In this document: positions 54,464 to 64,000 of the stretch, piece by piece
How positions within the stretch are numbered: position 1 is the stretch's first letter
Layout of the letters: the number at the start of each line of letters is the position of its first letter
Origin: an uncultured Nitrospiraceae bacterium
GTDB taxonomy: Bacteria > Nitrospirota > Nitrospiria > Nitrospirales > Nitrospiraceae
Length of the DNA: 64,000 bases
Direction of reading: 5' to 3'
Assembly (NCBI GenBank): GCA_963730935.1
Contig: CAVSTP010000003.1
Coordinates: 672,001-736,000, forward strand
Notes under the pieces: generated by a model
What the model was told of the DNA's origin: nothing
The model's input: the letters and a program-made list of their open reading frames with translations, nothing else
The model's database searches: none
Made by a program: the position numbers and the translations under genes

Positions 54464-56356
54464 TCACTCTTGTATGTTACGGGGCACTCCGTCCTTTCTC
54501 AAGCAAGGCACAATCCCTTCTTCAAGCCAGGTGTACTCGCCGCTCATGATCGCCTTTGACAGGTGATATACGACCGAGTCTTTCTTGTACCGTCGTATTC
54601 TTCCAACCACGGAGGAGGGAGGATACAGGCGATCCGCCATATCCTGGCAGAAGTAGGTGACCAGCTCACGGATCCCCGGCTTCGTTCGCATCTCTGGTTG
54701 AGACGCAAACCAGAGTATTGCAGCCATGGGAAACAGCAACAGACTGTCGTTCACGAGATGGTGCAGCAGGAGTTGTTTATTGTGCAGTTTCTGCCGGTGG
54801 TGAAGGGTCGCAAGCAGTGTCGCTCGGGTCAGGCCTCGTGAGGAGGACTCGATAAACCGTATCCACCTTGCATACTCTTTTCCGCAGGCCGCGGAGGCCG
54901 AGCGGGAATGCAGAAAGGGGAGACAAGAGGAAAGGGACATGCGGGCGTAATAGAGCGCCGCGGCGACCTTGCGTGACATGGATCCCTGGAGAATGGCCAA
55001 GCCCTGTTCGACATAGGGAGCGAGGGACTCGCGTGCCATCCAGATTCGCAGAATCTCGCTGGTTCCCTCCCAGATGAGATTGATCCGGGCGTCGCGGAGC
55101 ATGCGCATTACTGGAATGGCCTGCTCGCCACTCTTGTGTTGCGCCTCCGTGGTCATGAATCCTCGTCCGCCGCGAACTTGAAACAACTCATTGACGGCTT
55201 CCCAGTACCACTCGCTTCCAATAATTTTGGCTGCGGCCGATTCCAACCGGAGATCGCCTTTCTTGTTGGCCCAAGCTCCGCAGAATGCCATGACGGCATC
55301 GAGAGCCAGGGTATAGGCAGCCACTCGGCAGAGCTTTTCTCCAATCAAATTGTGCTCCCCGATAGGCTTGTTCCATTGTACGCGGATGCGTCCCCACCAA
55401 CGCATTGCCGAGAGACATTGCTTGAGTCCCCCCAAACAAGCGGCGGGAAGGGTCAGGCGCCCTACCGTAAGGGTGGCGAGGGCGATCCTCAGGCCGTCTT
55501 CTTCGCTGCCCAGCCGGTTTTCAACAGGGACGTAGACGTTGTCGAACCGCGGCACCCCGTTATAAATCCCTCTGACCCCCTCGAAACGGAGACGTGTAAC
55601 GGAACATCCCGGCCACTGAGTTTCGACGATAAACGCTCCATATCGTTTCTGCCCCTGCGGGTCCCGGAGGTCTTCTGGACGATCCACGATCCGCGCGATG
55701 ACGACCAGCATGGAAGCCAGAAACTCGCCGTCCCGCTTGGCAGAATTGGTAATAAAAAATTTCTCTCCGGTGAGGCGATAGCCGACAGTCCTGCCGGCTT
55801 CTGTCACTCTGACTGCGTAGGTCTCCACTTTGGAGATGTCGCAGCCGACGTTTCGTTCCGTGAGAGCAAACCCTGAAATCTCCCCGCCCGCAAGCCGGGG
55901 CAGATACTTCGCTTTCTGCTCAGGCGTTCCGAAAAGCCGGAGTGGTTCTGGCACGCCGATCGATTGCGCCGCCGATAACAGCACCGTCAATGAGGCGTCG
56001 ACGCTTCCACAGAGGGTAGCGACTTGTTGATACTCGTATTGGGTAAATTCCTGCCCGCCGAAGGATCTTGGAATCTTGATGCCAAGTGCGCCGAGGTTGG
56101 CTAATGACTTAATGAGGGATTCGGGCAGCTCGCTCTCGAGATCGACCCGGTCGGGATCCAGAGAGAACAGGAGAGGCTTGAGCCCTTCCAGAAAGTCAGC
56201 GGCTTTTGGCGAAATCTCTGGAATGCTGATCTCGCTAAAGAGGTTCCAGCGAACATCAGCCTCAAACAAACCCGCAGTAAATCCGGTGTAGGCAGCTTTG
56301 TCCCGGGCCGCTTCCGCTATTGCCTCGGACCCCTGAAACAGCCCCGATTTTGCCAT
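54464..56356 (-). CDS. fadE: Acyl-CoA dehydrogenase
   Basis: SGFALTE..VGCD, LTGEKFFITN, LTVGRL, RDARINLIWEGTSEI. Confidence 0.92.
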   Translation of the reverse strand: MAKSGLFQGSEAIAEAARDKAAYTGFTAGLFEADVRWNLFSEISIPEISPKAADFLEGLKPLLFSLDPDRVDLESELPESLIKSLANLGALGIKIPRSFGGQEFTQYEYQQVATLCGSVDASLTVLLSAAQSIGVPEPLRLFGTPEQKAKYLPRLAGGEISGFALTERNVGCDISKVETYAVRVTEAGRTVGYRLTGEKFFITNSAKRDGEFLASMLVVIARIVDRPEDLRDPQGQKRYGAFIVETQWPGCSVTRLRFEGVRGIYNGVPRFDNVYVPVENRLGSEEDGLRIALATLTVGRLTLPAACLGGLKQCLSAMRWWGRIRVQWNKPIGEHNLIGEKLCRVAAYTLALDAVMAFCGAWANKKGDLRLESAAAKIIGSEWYWEAVNELFQVRGGRGFMTTEAQHKSGEQAIPVMRMLRDARINLIWEGTSEILRIWMARESLAPYVEQGLAILQGSMSRKVAAALYYARMSLSSCLPFLHSRSASAACGKEYARWIRFIESSSRGLTRATLLATLHHRQKLHNKQLLLHHLVNDSLLLFPMAAILWFASQPEMRTKPGIRELVTYFCQDMADRLYPPSSVVGRIRRYKKDSVVYHLSKAIMSGEYTWLEEGIVPCLRKDGVPRNIQE

Positions 56357-56558
56357 GCCGCGTTCTTCCGACGTGAGCTAGAGGCGTAGCGTCCGGCTCA
56401 TCTTTGTTAGTGTACCACCTTTTCAATTCGCACGCTGTCATTTAGGCACCTGACCCTAATGGGGGAGGCTGGATTGCATTCAAAAAGGATGAAAATCGCC
56501 ACTTGCGTGGTAGGATGGGTTGAGGGCATTACTCCTGATTTCTTACGGGGTATGCATC

Positions 56559-57884
56559 ATGCGCAATGTCGTCGTCGTTGAGGGATTTCGTACTCCTTTT
56601 TGTAAGGAAGGAACAGATTTCCGCGAGATAGACGCGGATGTGCTTGGCGCGTGGGTTGTGCGTGAAATGATCGCGCGCTGTCACCGCTGGAATCTTCCGC
56701 CGAGCACCATTGATTGCGTAATAGGAAGCAATGTCGCCACGCCGATGCACGCAGTGAATCCGACGCGTGTCGCTGCGGTCACCGGCGGCCTTCCCCCCAG
56801 CATCCCTGCCGATACTGTCGCTGGTAAGAATTGCGGTTCCGGCGTCACCGCACTCTACTATGCGAGCCTGCGCATCCGAAGCGGCGATGTCGATACCGCG
56901 CTCGTCATCGGCATGGAGGCGATGAGCCGGATCCCTGTGGCGTATGACCGTGCAGTCGCAGACCTGCTCCTGAAATACGGCAGAGCGAGAACGCCTCGCG
57001 AAGGTGTCATGACCGCTCTGACGCTCATCCCTAAATTGCTCAATCTCAAGCGCTATCCCCCTCGTATCGGACTCGTCATGGGTCTCACCGATCCGATGTG
57101 CGACCTCATTATGGGACAGACCGCGGAGAATATCGCCAAGGATCCCTCCCTGGGCATCACGCGTGAGGAGCAGGATGCATTCTCGATTCGGTCGCACAAG
57201 CTGGCGGCAGAAGCCTGGAAACGCGGACTCTTGGCAGAAGAAGTCGTGCCTATGTTTGTCCCGGAGAGAAACAGCTATGTTGAGCGGGACAACGGGATTC
57301 GGGAAGATGCCGACCCAAAGACGTTTCACGATGTGAAACCTGTCTTCGACAGGCGTCATGGATCGGTGACACCAGCCAACGCCTCGCAAATTACGGATGC
57401 CGCCGCAGCCATGCTATTGATGGACGAGGACAAGGCCAAGTCGCTTGGGCTCCCGATTCTTGGGTATGTGAAGGACTATGCCGATTTCGGCTATGAACCT
57501 TCCTGCATGGGCCTCGCTCCTGTAGGAGCCATCGCCAAACTACTGTCGAAATCTGGGTTGACCCTTAAAGATTTTTCGGTCTGTGAGATCAACGAAGCCT
57601 TTGCATCCGTGGTGCTAGGGATCACCCGAATTCTTGCGTCATCCTCTCTCATGGAGCGCAAGTTCGGCAGATACGGATGGACGGAGCGTCTGGGCGAGAT
57701 TCCCCCTGACGATCTGAATCCGCACGGCGGAGCGATTGCGCTCGGTCATCCGGTTGGCGTATCCGGTCTGCGCCTAGCGATGACCTCGCTGTACGAGCTC
57801 AAACGACGTGATGCCGAACGAGCCCTGATCAGCATGTGCGTGGGAGGCGGGCAGGGAGTCGCGATGATTGTGGAGAGAAAATAG
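56559..57884 (+). CDS. fadA: Acetyl-CoA acyltransferase (thiolase)
   Basis: RTPF, NCGSG, EINEAFA, GGAIALGHPVG, CVGGGQG. Confidence 0.93.
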   Translation: MRNVVVVEGFRTPFCKEGTDFREIDADVLGAWVVREMIARCHRWNLPPSTIDCVIGSNVATPMHAVNPTRVAAVTGGLPPSIPADTVAGKNCGSGVTALYYASLRIRSGDVDTALVIGMEAMSRIPVAYDRAVADLLLKYGRARTPREGVMTALTLIPKLLNLKRYPPRIGLVMGLTDPMCDLIMGQTAENIAKDPSLGITREEQDAFSIRSHKLAAEAWKRGLLAEEVVPMFVPERNSYVERDNGIREDADPKTFHDVKPVFDRRHGSVTPANASQITDAAAAMLLMDEDKAKSLGLPILGYVKDYADFGYEPSCMGLAPVGAIAKLLSKSGLTLKDFSVCEINEAFASVVLGITRILASSSLMERKFGRYGWTERLGEIPPDDLNPHGGAIALGHPVGVSGLRLAMTSLYELKRRDAERALISMCVGGGQGVAMIVERK

Positions 57885-57886
57885 CG

Positions 57887-60040
57887 ATGTCCAACGAGTT
57901 CAAACACTTCAAGGTCGCTCCTGTCCACGACGGAATTCTCCTGGCAGGGTTTGATTACGCCGGAAAATCGGTCAATGTGCTCAATGGGGAGAGCTTTGCT
58001 GAATGGCAGGAGCTCGTCCGGTTCGCACAGCACTCGAGTGCGGTCTCCAGTGTGGTGCTCGTAAGCATGAAGGAAGGAAACTTCTGTGCCGGAGCCGATC
58101 TGGAGCAGATGCATGGCGCACAGGAGCAGCGGTCCTTTGAAGCATTAGAGCAATTGGTCAATACGGCCCATACGGTCTTCGACGAAATGGGGCGCTCGCC
58201 AAAACCGTTTGTCGCTGCGGTGGAAGGGGCTTGTCTCGGCGGCGGGCTCGAACTCGCGCTGGCCTGCCATGCGCGGATTGCCAGCGCCCACGCGAGGACC
58301 ATGTTCAGCCTGCCGGAAGTCAAGCTCGGCATTCTTCCCGGATTTGGCGGCACGCAACGTCTTCCACGGTTAGTCGGCGTGCCGGCAGCCTTGGAGATGA
58401 TCACAACGGGAAAAACGGTGTTCCCGCGGCAAGCGCTGAAGATGGGGCTTGTGGACGCCATGGTGACCTCGATCCCTTCCACGGTCAGGACGCTGGAGCA
58501 GATTCAGCGCGAAGCGTTCGTTCAAGTCGCCATCTCCCAAGCACGTGAGCTTCGTTCATCGCCTGTTCGGCGGCGTTCGCTTCACGGGAGCCAAAGACTT
58601 CTGAGCGCACCGGGAATTCGTGCGCTCGTCTGTGGCTATGCGCGGCGTCAGGTCATGAAGCGAGTGCGACACTTTTATCCCGCTCCGCTTTGTGCCATCG
58701 ACGCGGTGAAACGGGGGATGGGTATGGCTGTACTGAAGGGATCGATGGCAGTCGAGAAGCCTCTGTTATTGGATCTCATGGCCAGCCCGGTTTCTGCCCA
58801 CCTTGTTGGCTTATTCCTGAGAGGTGAAGAGGTTAAGCGGAAGGCTGCGAGTGTCTCGGAGCCCGTGATGCGAGTGGGAGTGCTGGGAGCCGGCTTGATG
58901 GGCTCGCAAATCGCCGGTCAGCTTGCCGAAAAGGGGTATTCAGCCGTGCTGCGGGATGTGGCCTCGGACATTCTGGCGAAAGGCATGGGGAGGATCCATC
59001 AGGCTCAATCCGTCCAGGTCCGGAAACGAATCATTCTTCCCTCCGACCTGCGTTATCGCATGATGCGGATTACCCCGACCATCCGGCTGAGCGATCTGGC
59101 TTCCGTTTCCCTGGCCATCGAGGCAGTGTCGGAGAAGTTGGATGTGAAAAGGGCCGTACTGGCTGAATTCGAATCCGAGGCGCGTCCCGATGCCATCTTT
59201 GCCACGAATACGTCATCCTATACCTTGACCGACATTGCGGTGAAGGCCACCCATCCCGAACGGTGCGTCGGACTCCACTTCTTCAATCCAGTCGCTAAGA
59301 TGCAGTTGGTCGAGGTGGTGCGCGCGCCTTCCACGTCCGAGCAAGCCTTGGCGCAGGCCTCCAGCCTGGCGAAGCGGTTGGGCAAGTTTCCGCTCGTGGT
59401 CCGCGACGGACCAGGATTCCTCGTGAACCGGATTCTGGCACGCTATCTCGCGGAGGCGGTGATCTTAGCTGGCGAGGGCATCCCTATTCGTCGCATCGAT
59501 GCGGTCGCGAAGGACTTTGGGATGGCCGTGGACAGCGGGCACCCCATGGGACCTCTCGAACTCATCGATTTGATCGGACTCCCCGTCGCCGTGCACGTGC
59601 TCGCCTCGCTTGCTGTGCTCGGATCGCGCATTGAATCGCGTGACACGCTGCTGCGCGGCTTCCTTTCCGAGAAACATCCGGTCACATTTTGGAAGTCAGG
59701 AAAAGAAAACCCACAAGCCATCGACCTGATCAGGCAGTATCGTCGGACCGAGTCGTCAGATAGCGGCCCTGTCACAGACGACATGCTTCACCAACGCCTG
59801 TTCCTGCCGATGGTGGACGAAGCGGTGCGCTGTTTGAAGGACAAGATTGTGGACCATGCCTGGCAGGTGGATTTTGCCCTGACATACGGGATTGGATTTC
59901 CCGCGTTTCGTGGAGGTCTCCTGACCTGGGCGAGGCAGCAGATGGCGCCGGCGCAGCTCACAGCGGCCCTGGATTCACTGTCCCGCAGGTACGGAAAACG
60001 CTTCGAGCCTTGTCCGGCGATTGCGCACGGAGGATGGTAG
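57887..60040 (+). CDS. fadJ: Multifunctional enoyl-CoA hydratase/3-hydroxyacyl-CoA dehydrogenase
   Basis: FCAGADL, CLGGGLELALAC, PEVKLG, GAGLMG, TNTSS, GLHFFNPV, PGFLVNRIL. Confidence 0.92.
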   Translation: MSNEFKHFKVAPVHDGILLAGFDYAGKSVNVLNGESFAEWQELVRFAQHSSAVSSVVLVSMKEGNFCAGADLEQMHGAQEQRSFEALEQLVNTAHTVFDEMGRSPKPFVAAVEGACLGGGLELALACHARIASAHARTMFSLPEVKLGILPGFGGTQRLPRLVGVPAALEMITTGKTVFPRQALKMGLVDAMVTSIPSTVRTLEQIQREAFVQVAISQARELRSSPVRRRSLHGSQRLLSAPGIRALVCGYARRQVMKRVRHFYPAPLCAIDAVKRGMGMAVLKGSMAVEKPLLLDLMASPVSAHLVGLFLRGEEVKRKAASVSEPVMRVGVLGAGLMGSQIAGQLAEKGYSAVLRDVASDILAKGMGRIHQAQSVQVRKRIILPSDLRYRMMRITPTIRLSDLASVSLAIEAVSEKLDVKRAVLAEFESEARPDAIFATNTSSYTLTDIAVKATHPERCVGLHFFNPVAKMQLVEVVRAPSTSEQALAQASSLAKRLGKFPLVVRDGPGFLVNRILARYLAEAVILAGEGIPIRRIDAVAKDFGMAVDSGHPMGPLELIDLIGLPVAVHVLASLAVLGSRIESRDTLLRGFLSEKHPVTFWKSGKENPQAIDLIRQYRRTESSDSGPVTDDMLHQRLFLPMVDEAVRCLKDKIVDHAWQVDFALTYGIGFPAFRGGLLTWARQQMAPAQLTAALDSLSRRYGKRFEPCPAIAHGGW

Positions 60041-60069
60041 CCGCCGAGTCACCTCAAAGGGAGCACATC

Positions 60070-61803
60070 ATGCCCGAACAACCTTGGTTGGTCCATTATC
60101 CTCAAGGAGTTCCCCAGGAGCTCTCCCTGCCTGGTGAGACGCTCACGGCGATGTTCTCCAGAAGCGCGCAACGATTTGCGCGCCGACCGGCCCTGTATTT
60201 TTTTGGCAAAACCCTCTCCTACCAAGAATGTCATGCACTGGTTGAGCGATTCGCCTGTGGCCTTGCGGCACGGGGCATTCGCAAGGGCGATCGCGTGGCG
60301 CTTTGCCTGCCGAATTCACCGCAGGCGGTGATTGCGTACTTTGGCATCTTGCGGGCAGGCGGCATCGTCGTCGCCTGCAACCCGACGTACACGGAATATG
60401 AGCTCGCCCATCAACTGCGCGACTCTGGAGCACGAGCCATTGTCGTGCTCGACTTGATGCATCAAAAAATTCAACACCTCAATTTGGAACTGGTCATCGT
60501 CACCCGGATCACCGATTTCATGACGACGATCGCGAAATATCTATATCGACATCGAAATGGTCACCATCCGTCTCCTGACATTCAACCGGACGAACGAACG
60601 CGTTTCTTCCATGATGTGCTCGATGAGGCGTCTCCTGTCGCGCCGGAGCAGCTTCCGGTCGCCTCGCCGGACGATATCGCATTGCTGCAGTACACCGGCG
60701 GCATCACAGGGATCTCAAAAGGGGCGATCTTGCTCCACCGGAATCTGACGGCGAATATACGGCAGCTGGTCAGTTGGTTTTCTCCCGCAGAGCGGGTGGA
60801 GAGTTTTCTTGCGGCGCTTCCGCTCTTTCACGTCTTTGGCATGACCGTCACGCAAAATATCTGCCTGGGGATCGGAGGATGCATGGTGTTGGTGCCCGAT
60901 CCCCGCAACATCCCCGTGCTGGTCACGTTGTTGCGCAAGAAGCAACCGACCGTGATCACGATCGTTCCGGCGTTCGTGCGAAAACTGCTTGAGCACTGTG
61001 ATGCAAAGGATTTTACGTCGACGCGGTTTGTGATCTGCGGCGGGGCGGCGTTGCCGTACGACCTGCTGAAGCAGTTCAAGGAGCGCACTGGGCATCTCAT
61101 CTGCGAGGGCTATGGTCTCTCCGAAGCCTCGCCCGTCACGCACTGCAATATTGCTCGTGGGCTCTCCGTCAAGCGGTCGATCGGACTGCCCATCGGCAAC
61201 ACCGAGGCGAAGATCATGGATGAGAAAGGCCAAGAGGTTGCGACCGGCGAAAGCGGGGAGCTCTGGGTGCGTGGCCCCCAAGTCATGGCCGGGTACTGGA
61301 ACAATCCTGTCGAGACCGCAAACGCCCTGAAACCCGGTGGCTGGCTCGCCACCGGCGACATCGCACGTATGGATCAAGACGGCTTCTTCTACATCGTCGA
61401 TCGGAAGAAGGACATGATCTTGTCGACCTCCGGATTGAATGTGTACCCGGCCGAAATCGAGCAGGTGCTCACGCTTCATCCTCATGTGCGTGAGGCAGCC
61501 GTCATCGGAGTGCGGGCCATGGATGGAGGCGAATCCATCAAGGCGTTCATCGTGCCGGCGAACGAGTCCGTCTCCGTGGATAACCTCACCGCGCATTGCC
61601 GGAGTCATTTGGCCTCATACAAGGTTCCGAAGAAGATTGAGTTCCGCACGGAACTGCCCAAATCAATTCTGGGCAAGACGCTCCATCGGGTCCTGCGCGC
61701 CGAGGAGGATGCGCGCCTTCAACTTGAACGATCTACAGACGGTGAGTCACAGCCGAAGAACCCATCGGCCGGAAATGTTGTTGGATGCAAGGCAGGTCAC
61801 TGA
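60070..61803 (+). CDS. fadD: Long-chain fatty-acid--CoA ligase
   Basis: LQYTGGITGISKG, EGYGLSE, TGDIA, DRKKDMI, ELPKS..GK. Confidence 0.92.
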   Translation: MPEQPWLVHYPQGVPQELSLPGETLTAMFSRSAQRFARRPALYFFGKTLSYQECHALVERFACGLAARGIRKGDRVALCLPNSPQAVIAYFGILRAGGIVVACNPTYTEYELAHQLRDSGARAIVVLDLMHQKIQHLNLELVIVTRITDFMTTIAKYLYRHRNGHHPSPDIQPDERTRFFHDVLDEASPVAPEQLPVASPDDIALLQYTGGITGISKGAILLHRNLTANIRQLVSWFSPAERVESFLAALPLFHVFGMTVTQNICLGIGGCMVLVPDPRNIPVLVTLLRKKQPTVITIVPAFVRKLLEHCDAKDFTSTRFVICGGAALPYDLLKQFKERTGHLICEGYGLSEASPVTHCNIARGLSVKRSIGLPIGNTEAKIMDEKGQEVATGESGELWVRGPQVMAGYWNNPVETANALKPGGWLATGDIARMDQDGFFYIVDRKKDMILSTSGLNVYPAEIEQVLTLHPHVREAAVIGVRAMDGGESIKAFIVPANESVSVDNLTAHCRSHLASYKVPKKIEFRTELPKSILGKTLHRVLRAEEDARLQLERSTDGESQPKNPSAGNVVGCKAGH

Positions 61804-62908
61804 CGTGCCTCGCCAGCGCCAACGCAGCCGACAACCCGGGCGATTCAATGCCGACCAGATTGATGAGGAGGGGGGTCTCTCGGTCGACGGAGACAATAAA
61901 ATCGCTCTTTTTATGCTGGCCGATCATCACGCAGGGCCGGATGCCCGAATAGCCCCAGCGGAGATCAGACTCCTCCAGCACGGGAAGAAACCTCCGCAGA
62001 GCCTCGACGAAGAACCCCGGCGGCGTCTTTTGGGACAGATAGTCAGCTTTGTCCTTCACCGGTACCTCGTTAGGTCCCACGAACAATTGTCCATTCGGCC
62101 GGGGGCTGAAGTGGATACCTTTGCCGGTGGCTTTGGGCGGCAGGGCGGGGTACACGAGGCGTCGGATCAAGCGCGTCTTGGACGGATTGGCCAGCTCGTA
62201 GTACTCCCCTCGGACCGGGCGAATGCTATATTTACTATGGGAGAGTGCGAGGGCGGCGATCTCATCGGCATGGAGGCCTGCCGCATTGATCAGGCAGGCG
62301 ACTCGCAACTTTTGACGGTCGGTCGTAATGAGGAACTCGGTGCCTTCGTCTTCGATGCCGACGACCCGGTTATTGAACGCGAATTCGACCCCACTGGCTG
62401 CTGCGTCGTTTTTTAGTGATTGCACGAAGGCAGGCGAATCGATGACACACACACTTGGAATGACGATGCCACACGAGGCGCGAAGGTTCGGCTCGAGGGC
62501 CCGCAAGCCGGATGGCGTGACGAACGACATCCGGATATTCGATCTCCATGCGTTCAGCCACAGGCGTCGGAGCATGGACAGTTCACGCCAGAGACCTCGA
62601 CGGATATCCTCCCGCGAAATGGCGATGACCATGCCGCTGCGGAGGAGGGGGATGTTCTGTCGTGCCGCATATGCCACGGCCAAGGCGCTCCCTTCTCTTG
62701 CCAACCGCGCCTTGAGTGAACCCGGATGTTCGTGGATTCCGCTGTGCAGGACGCCGCTATTGCGTCCGCTGGTCTCCTCCGCCGTCCTCTCGTGTCGTTC
62801 CACCGTGATGATACGGAGTGGGCGCTGCCAGCGACGGCCTCCCAGTTCTCTGGCAATGGCGCATCCGACGACCCCCGCACCGACGATGCCGATGTCATAC
62901 GTCTTCAT
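61733..62908 (-). CDS. FAD-dependent oxidoreductase (LhgO/glycerol-3-phosphate-oxidase-like)
   Basis: GAGVVG, TSGRNSGVLHSG, INAAGL, RGEY, YSGIRP, GIESPGLSAA; overlaps the fadD 3' end by 71 bp. Confidence 0.88.
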   Translation of the reverse strand: MKTYDIGIVGAGVVGCAIARELGGRRWQRPLRIITVERHERTAEETSGRNSGVLHSGIHEHPGSLKARLAREGSALAVAYAARQNIPLLRSGMVIAISREDIRRGLWRELSMLRRLWLNAWRSNIRMSFVTPSGLRALEPNLRASCGIVIPSVCVIDSPAFVQSLKNDAAASGVEFAFNNRVVGIEDEGTEFLITTDRQKLRVACLINAAGLHADEIAALALSHSKYSIRPVRGEYYELANPSKTRLIRRLVYPALPPKATGKGIHFSPRPNGQLFVGPNEVPVKDKADYLSQKTPPGFFVEALRRFLPVLEESDLRWGYSGIRPCVMIGQHKKSDFIVSVDRETPLLINLVGIESPGLSAALALARHVSDLPCIQQHFRPMGSSAVTHRL

Positions 62909-62964
62909 CGCATTGGGTTCTCTCAGGCCGTTCACCGGTAAGATTCGTATCCAGGAGTCGTTGT

Positions 62965-64000
62965 ATGCCAGATAGCCCCTCGACCAAATACGGCAAAATC
63001 CTGTTCGTGTTTTGTGGGGGAGGGTGCAAGGCCATCCACCAAGCGGTTGCGGCCGCAGAGGTAGTCAATGCCGGCTTTACTCCCTCCCACATCATGAGTT
63101 CCTCGGCTGGCACATGCAACGCTCTCGGATTTGTCGAGAATCCCGGTCCCGTCGGAGCCGAGAAAACCATCCGCATCTGGGAAAACTATATCACTTCGCC
63201 CGAATCGATTTACGAGGTCCATCCCTTCCTCAGGGACAAATTGACGCGCCTCTTGGGAGTCGTGCCGGCGGCGACGCAAGATTGCGGACCTTCCGGATCG
63301 ATCCTCCACGACGTTCGGAGAGCCATCAAATTCCTGCCGTTGGTGCTCTCGTTCTGCGTGCGCATGCCATTGCGTGTGGCTGGCCGCACGGTCAGTTTCC
63401 TCTTTCGACTCATGGATACGTTCGAGGCCCAACATCAATCGTTCCGGAGACTTGTCCAAGCACCGGAGATTCTCGAAGCCTTCGATGAGGTGGATAAATA
63501 CTTTGAATTCAAACGGATGAAGGCTTTTCTCGACCCCTTCCCGCTCTTGGCCAGACTTGGCGAACAAATCGATCTGCAGAAGGTGCTCACCAGCTCCATT
63601 GTGTGGCACATCATTACCGAACGATATGAGGATGGAGCGACGGTGCTTTTTTCAAACAAGGATCCGGATCTCGTAATCGATGAACGCACAGACGCACGAA
63701 GTCAGAAGGCAAAATACGATACGTTCTATAAACGGATTCGCGCCTCTATGGCGTTGTATCCCCTGTTCGAGTTGGTTGAAATGGACGGCTTCCGGTATCT
63801 TGACGCCGATCTCGCGAATCCCCTCCCGGTAGAGGAGGCGTTCAACCTTGGATGTGACACGGTCTTCATCTTCCTCAATGTTCCGAAAAGGAGCGTGCGC
63901 GTCGATCCGCATCCATTGCGGGACCTTGTGGAGCTCAATGACCTGCTGCGATTGAATGAACGATACATCCATCACCGCCTTAAGGAAGCACAGGTGAGAG
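62965..64000 (+). CDS. Patatin-like protein, runs off the window (absent from the ORF track)
   Basis: AGGAG RBS and ATG at 62965; segments translated in this frame read LFVFCGGGCK, SSSAG and IRASMALYPLFELVEMDGFRYLDADLANPLP. Confidence 0.85.
   Translation, partial: MPDSPSTKYGKILFVFCGGGCKAIHQAVAAAEVVNAGFTPSHIMSSSAGTCNALGFVENPGPVGAEKTIRIWENYITSPESIYEVHPFLRDKLTRLLGVVPAATQDCGPSGSILHDVRRAIKFLPLVLSFCVRMPLRVAGRTVSFLFRLMDTFEAQHQSFRRLVQAPEILEAFDEVDKYFEFKRMKAFLDPFPLLARLGEQIDLQKVLTSSIVWHIITERYEDGATVLFSNKDPDLVIDERTDARSQKAKYDTFYKRIRASMALYPLFELVEMDGFRYLDADLANPLPVEEAFNLGCDTVFIFLNVPKRSVRVDPHPLRDLVELNDLLRLNERYIHHRLKEAQVR

Noticed and set aside
61733..61803. 71-bp convergent overlap between fadD and the FAD oxidoreductase
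   Set aside because: It involves only non-conserved C-terminal tails, which is common and not evidence of regulation.

Overview
This window is from a Nitrospira genome; the 16S matches genus-level and lineage II probe targets as I recall them. (1) 1-15 kb is an envelope/periplasmic cluster: SphA-type barrel, two DUF1254/DUF1214 proteins, HAD phosphatase, OMP, MscS, patatin, Usp and lipoproteins. Many single-base frameshifts occur in the first ~11.5 kb and are probably consensus errors. (2) 15-20.4 kb holds an unusual operon in which a NirK-cytochrome c fusion and a small cytochrome c sit between the Rieske and cytochrome b(+c) genes of a bc-type complex. (3) An RND efflux system follows. (4) A complete rrn operon: 16S, tRNA-Ile, tRNA-Ala, 23S, 5S. 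(5) 33.1-41.7 kb is an accretion hotspot between the 5S gene and xth. Four diverged relics of the xth 3' end separate successive cargo blocks, and the last block has HEPN-like genes plus an attC-like site, with no integrase in view. The same 3'-end-relic pattern occurs after the first DUF1254 gene. (6) 42.6-52.6 kb contains stress genes with two ECF42-type promoters, and a PNPOx-like/PNPOx-GAF-wHTH regulator pair facing a double-cupredoxin gene across four 11-bp-phased TTAG(G/C) repeats. (7) SmbP-like genes and a beta-oxidation cluster that ends in a patatin missing from the ORF track. All family calls come from motif recognition; no database searches were run.
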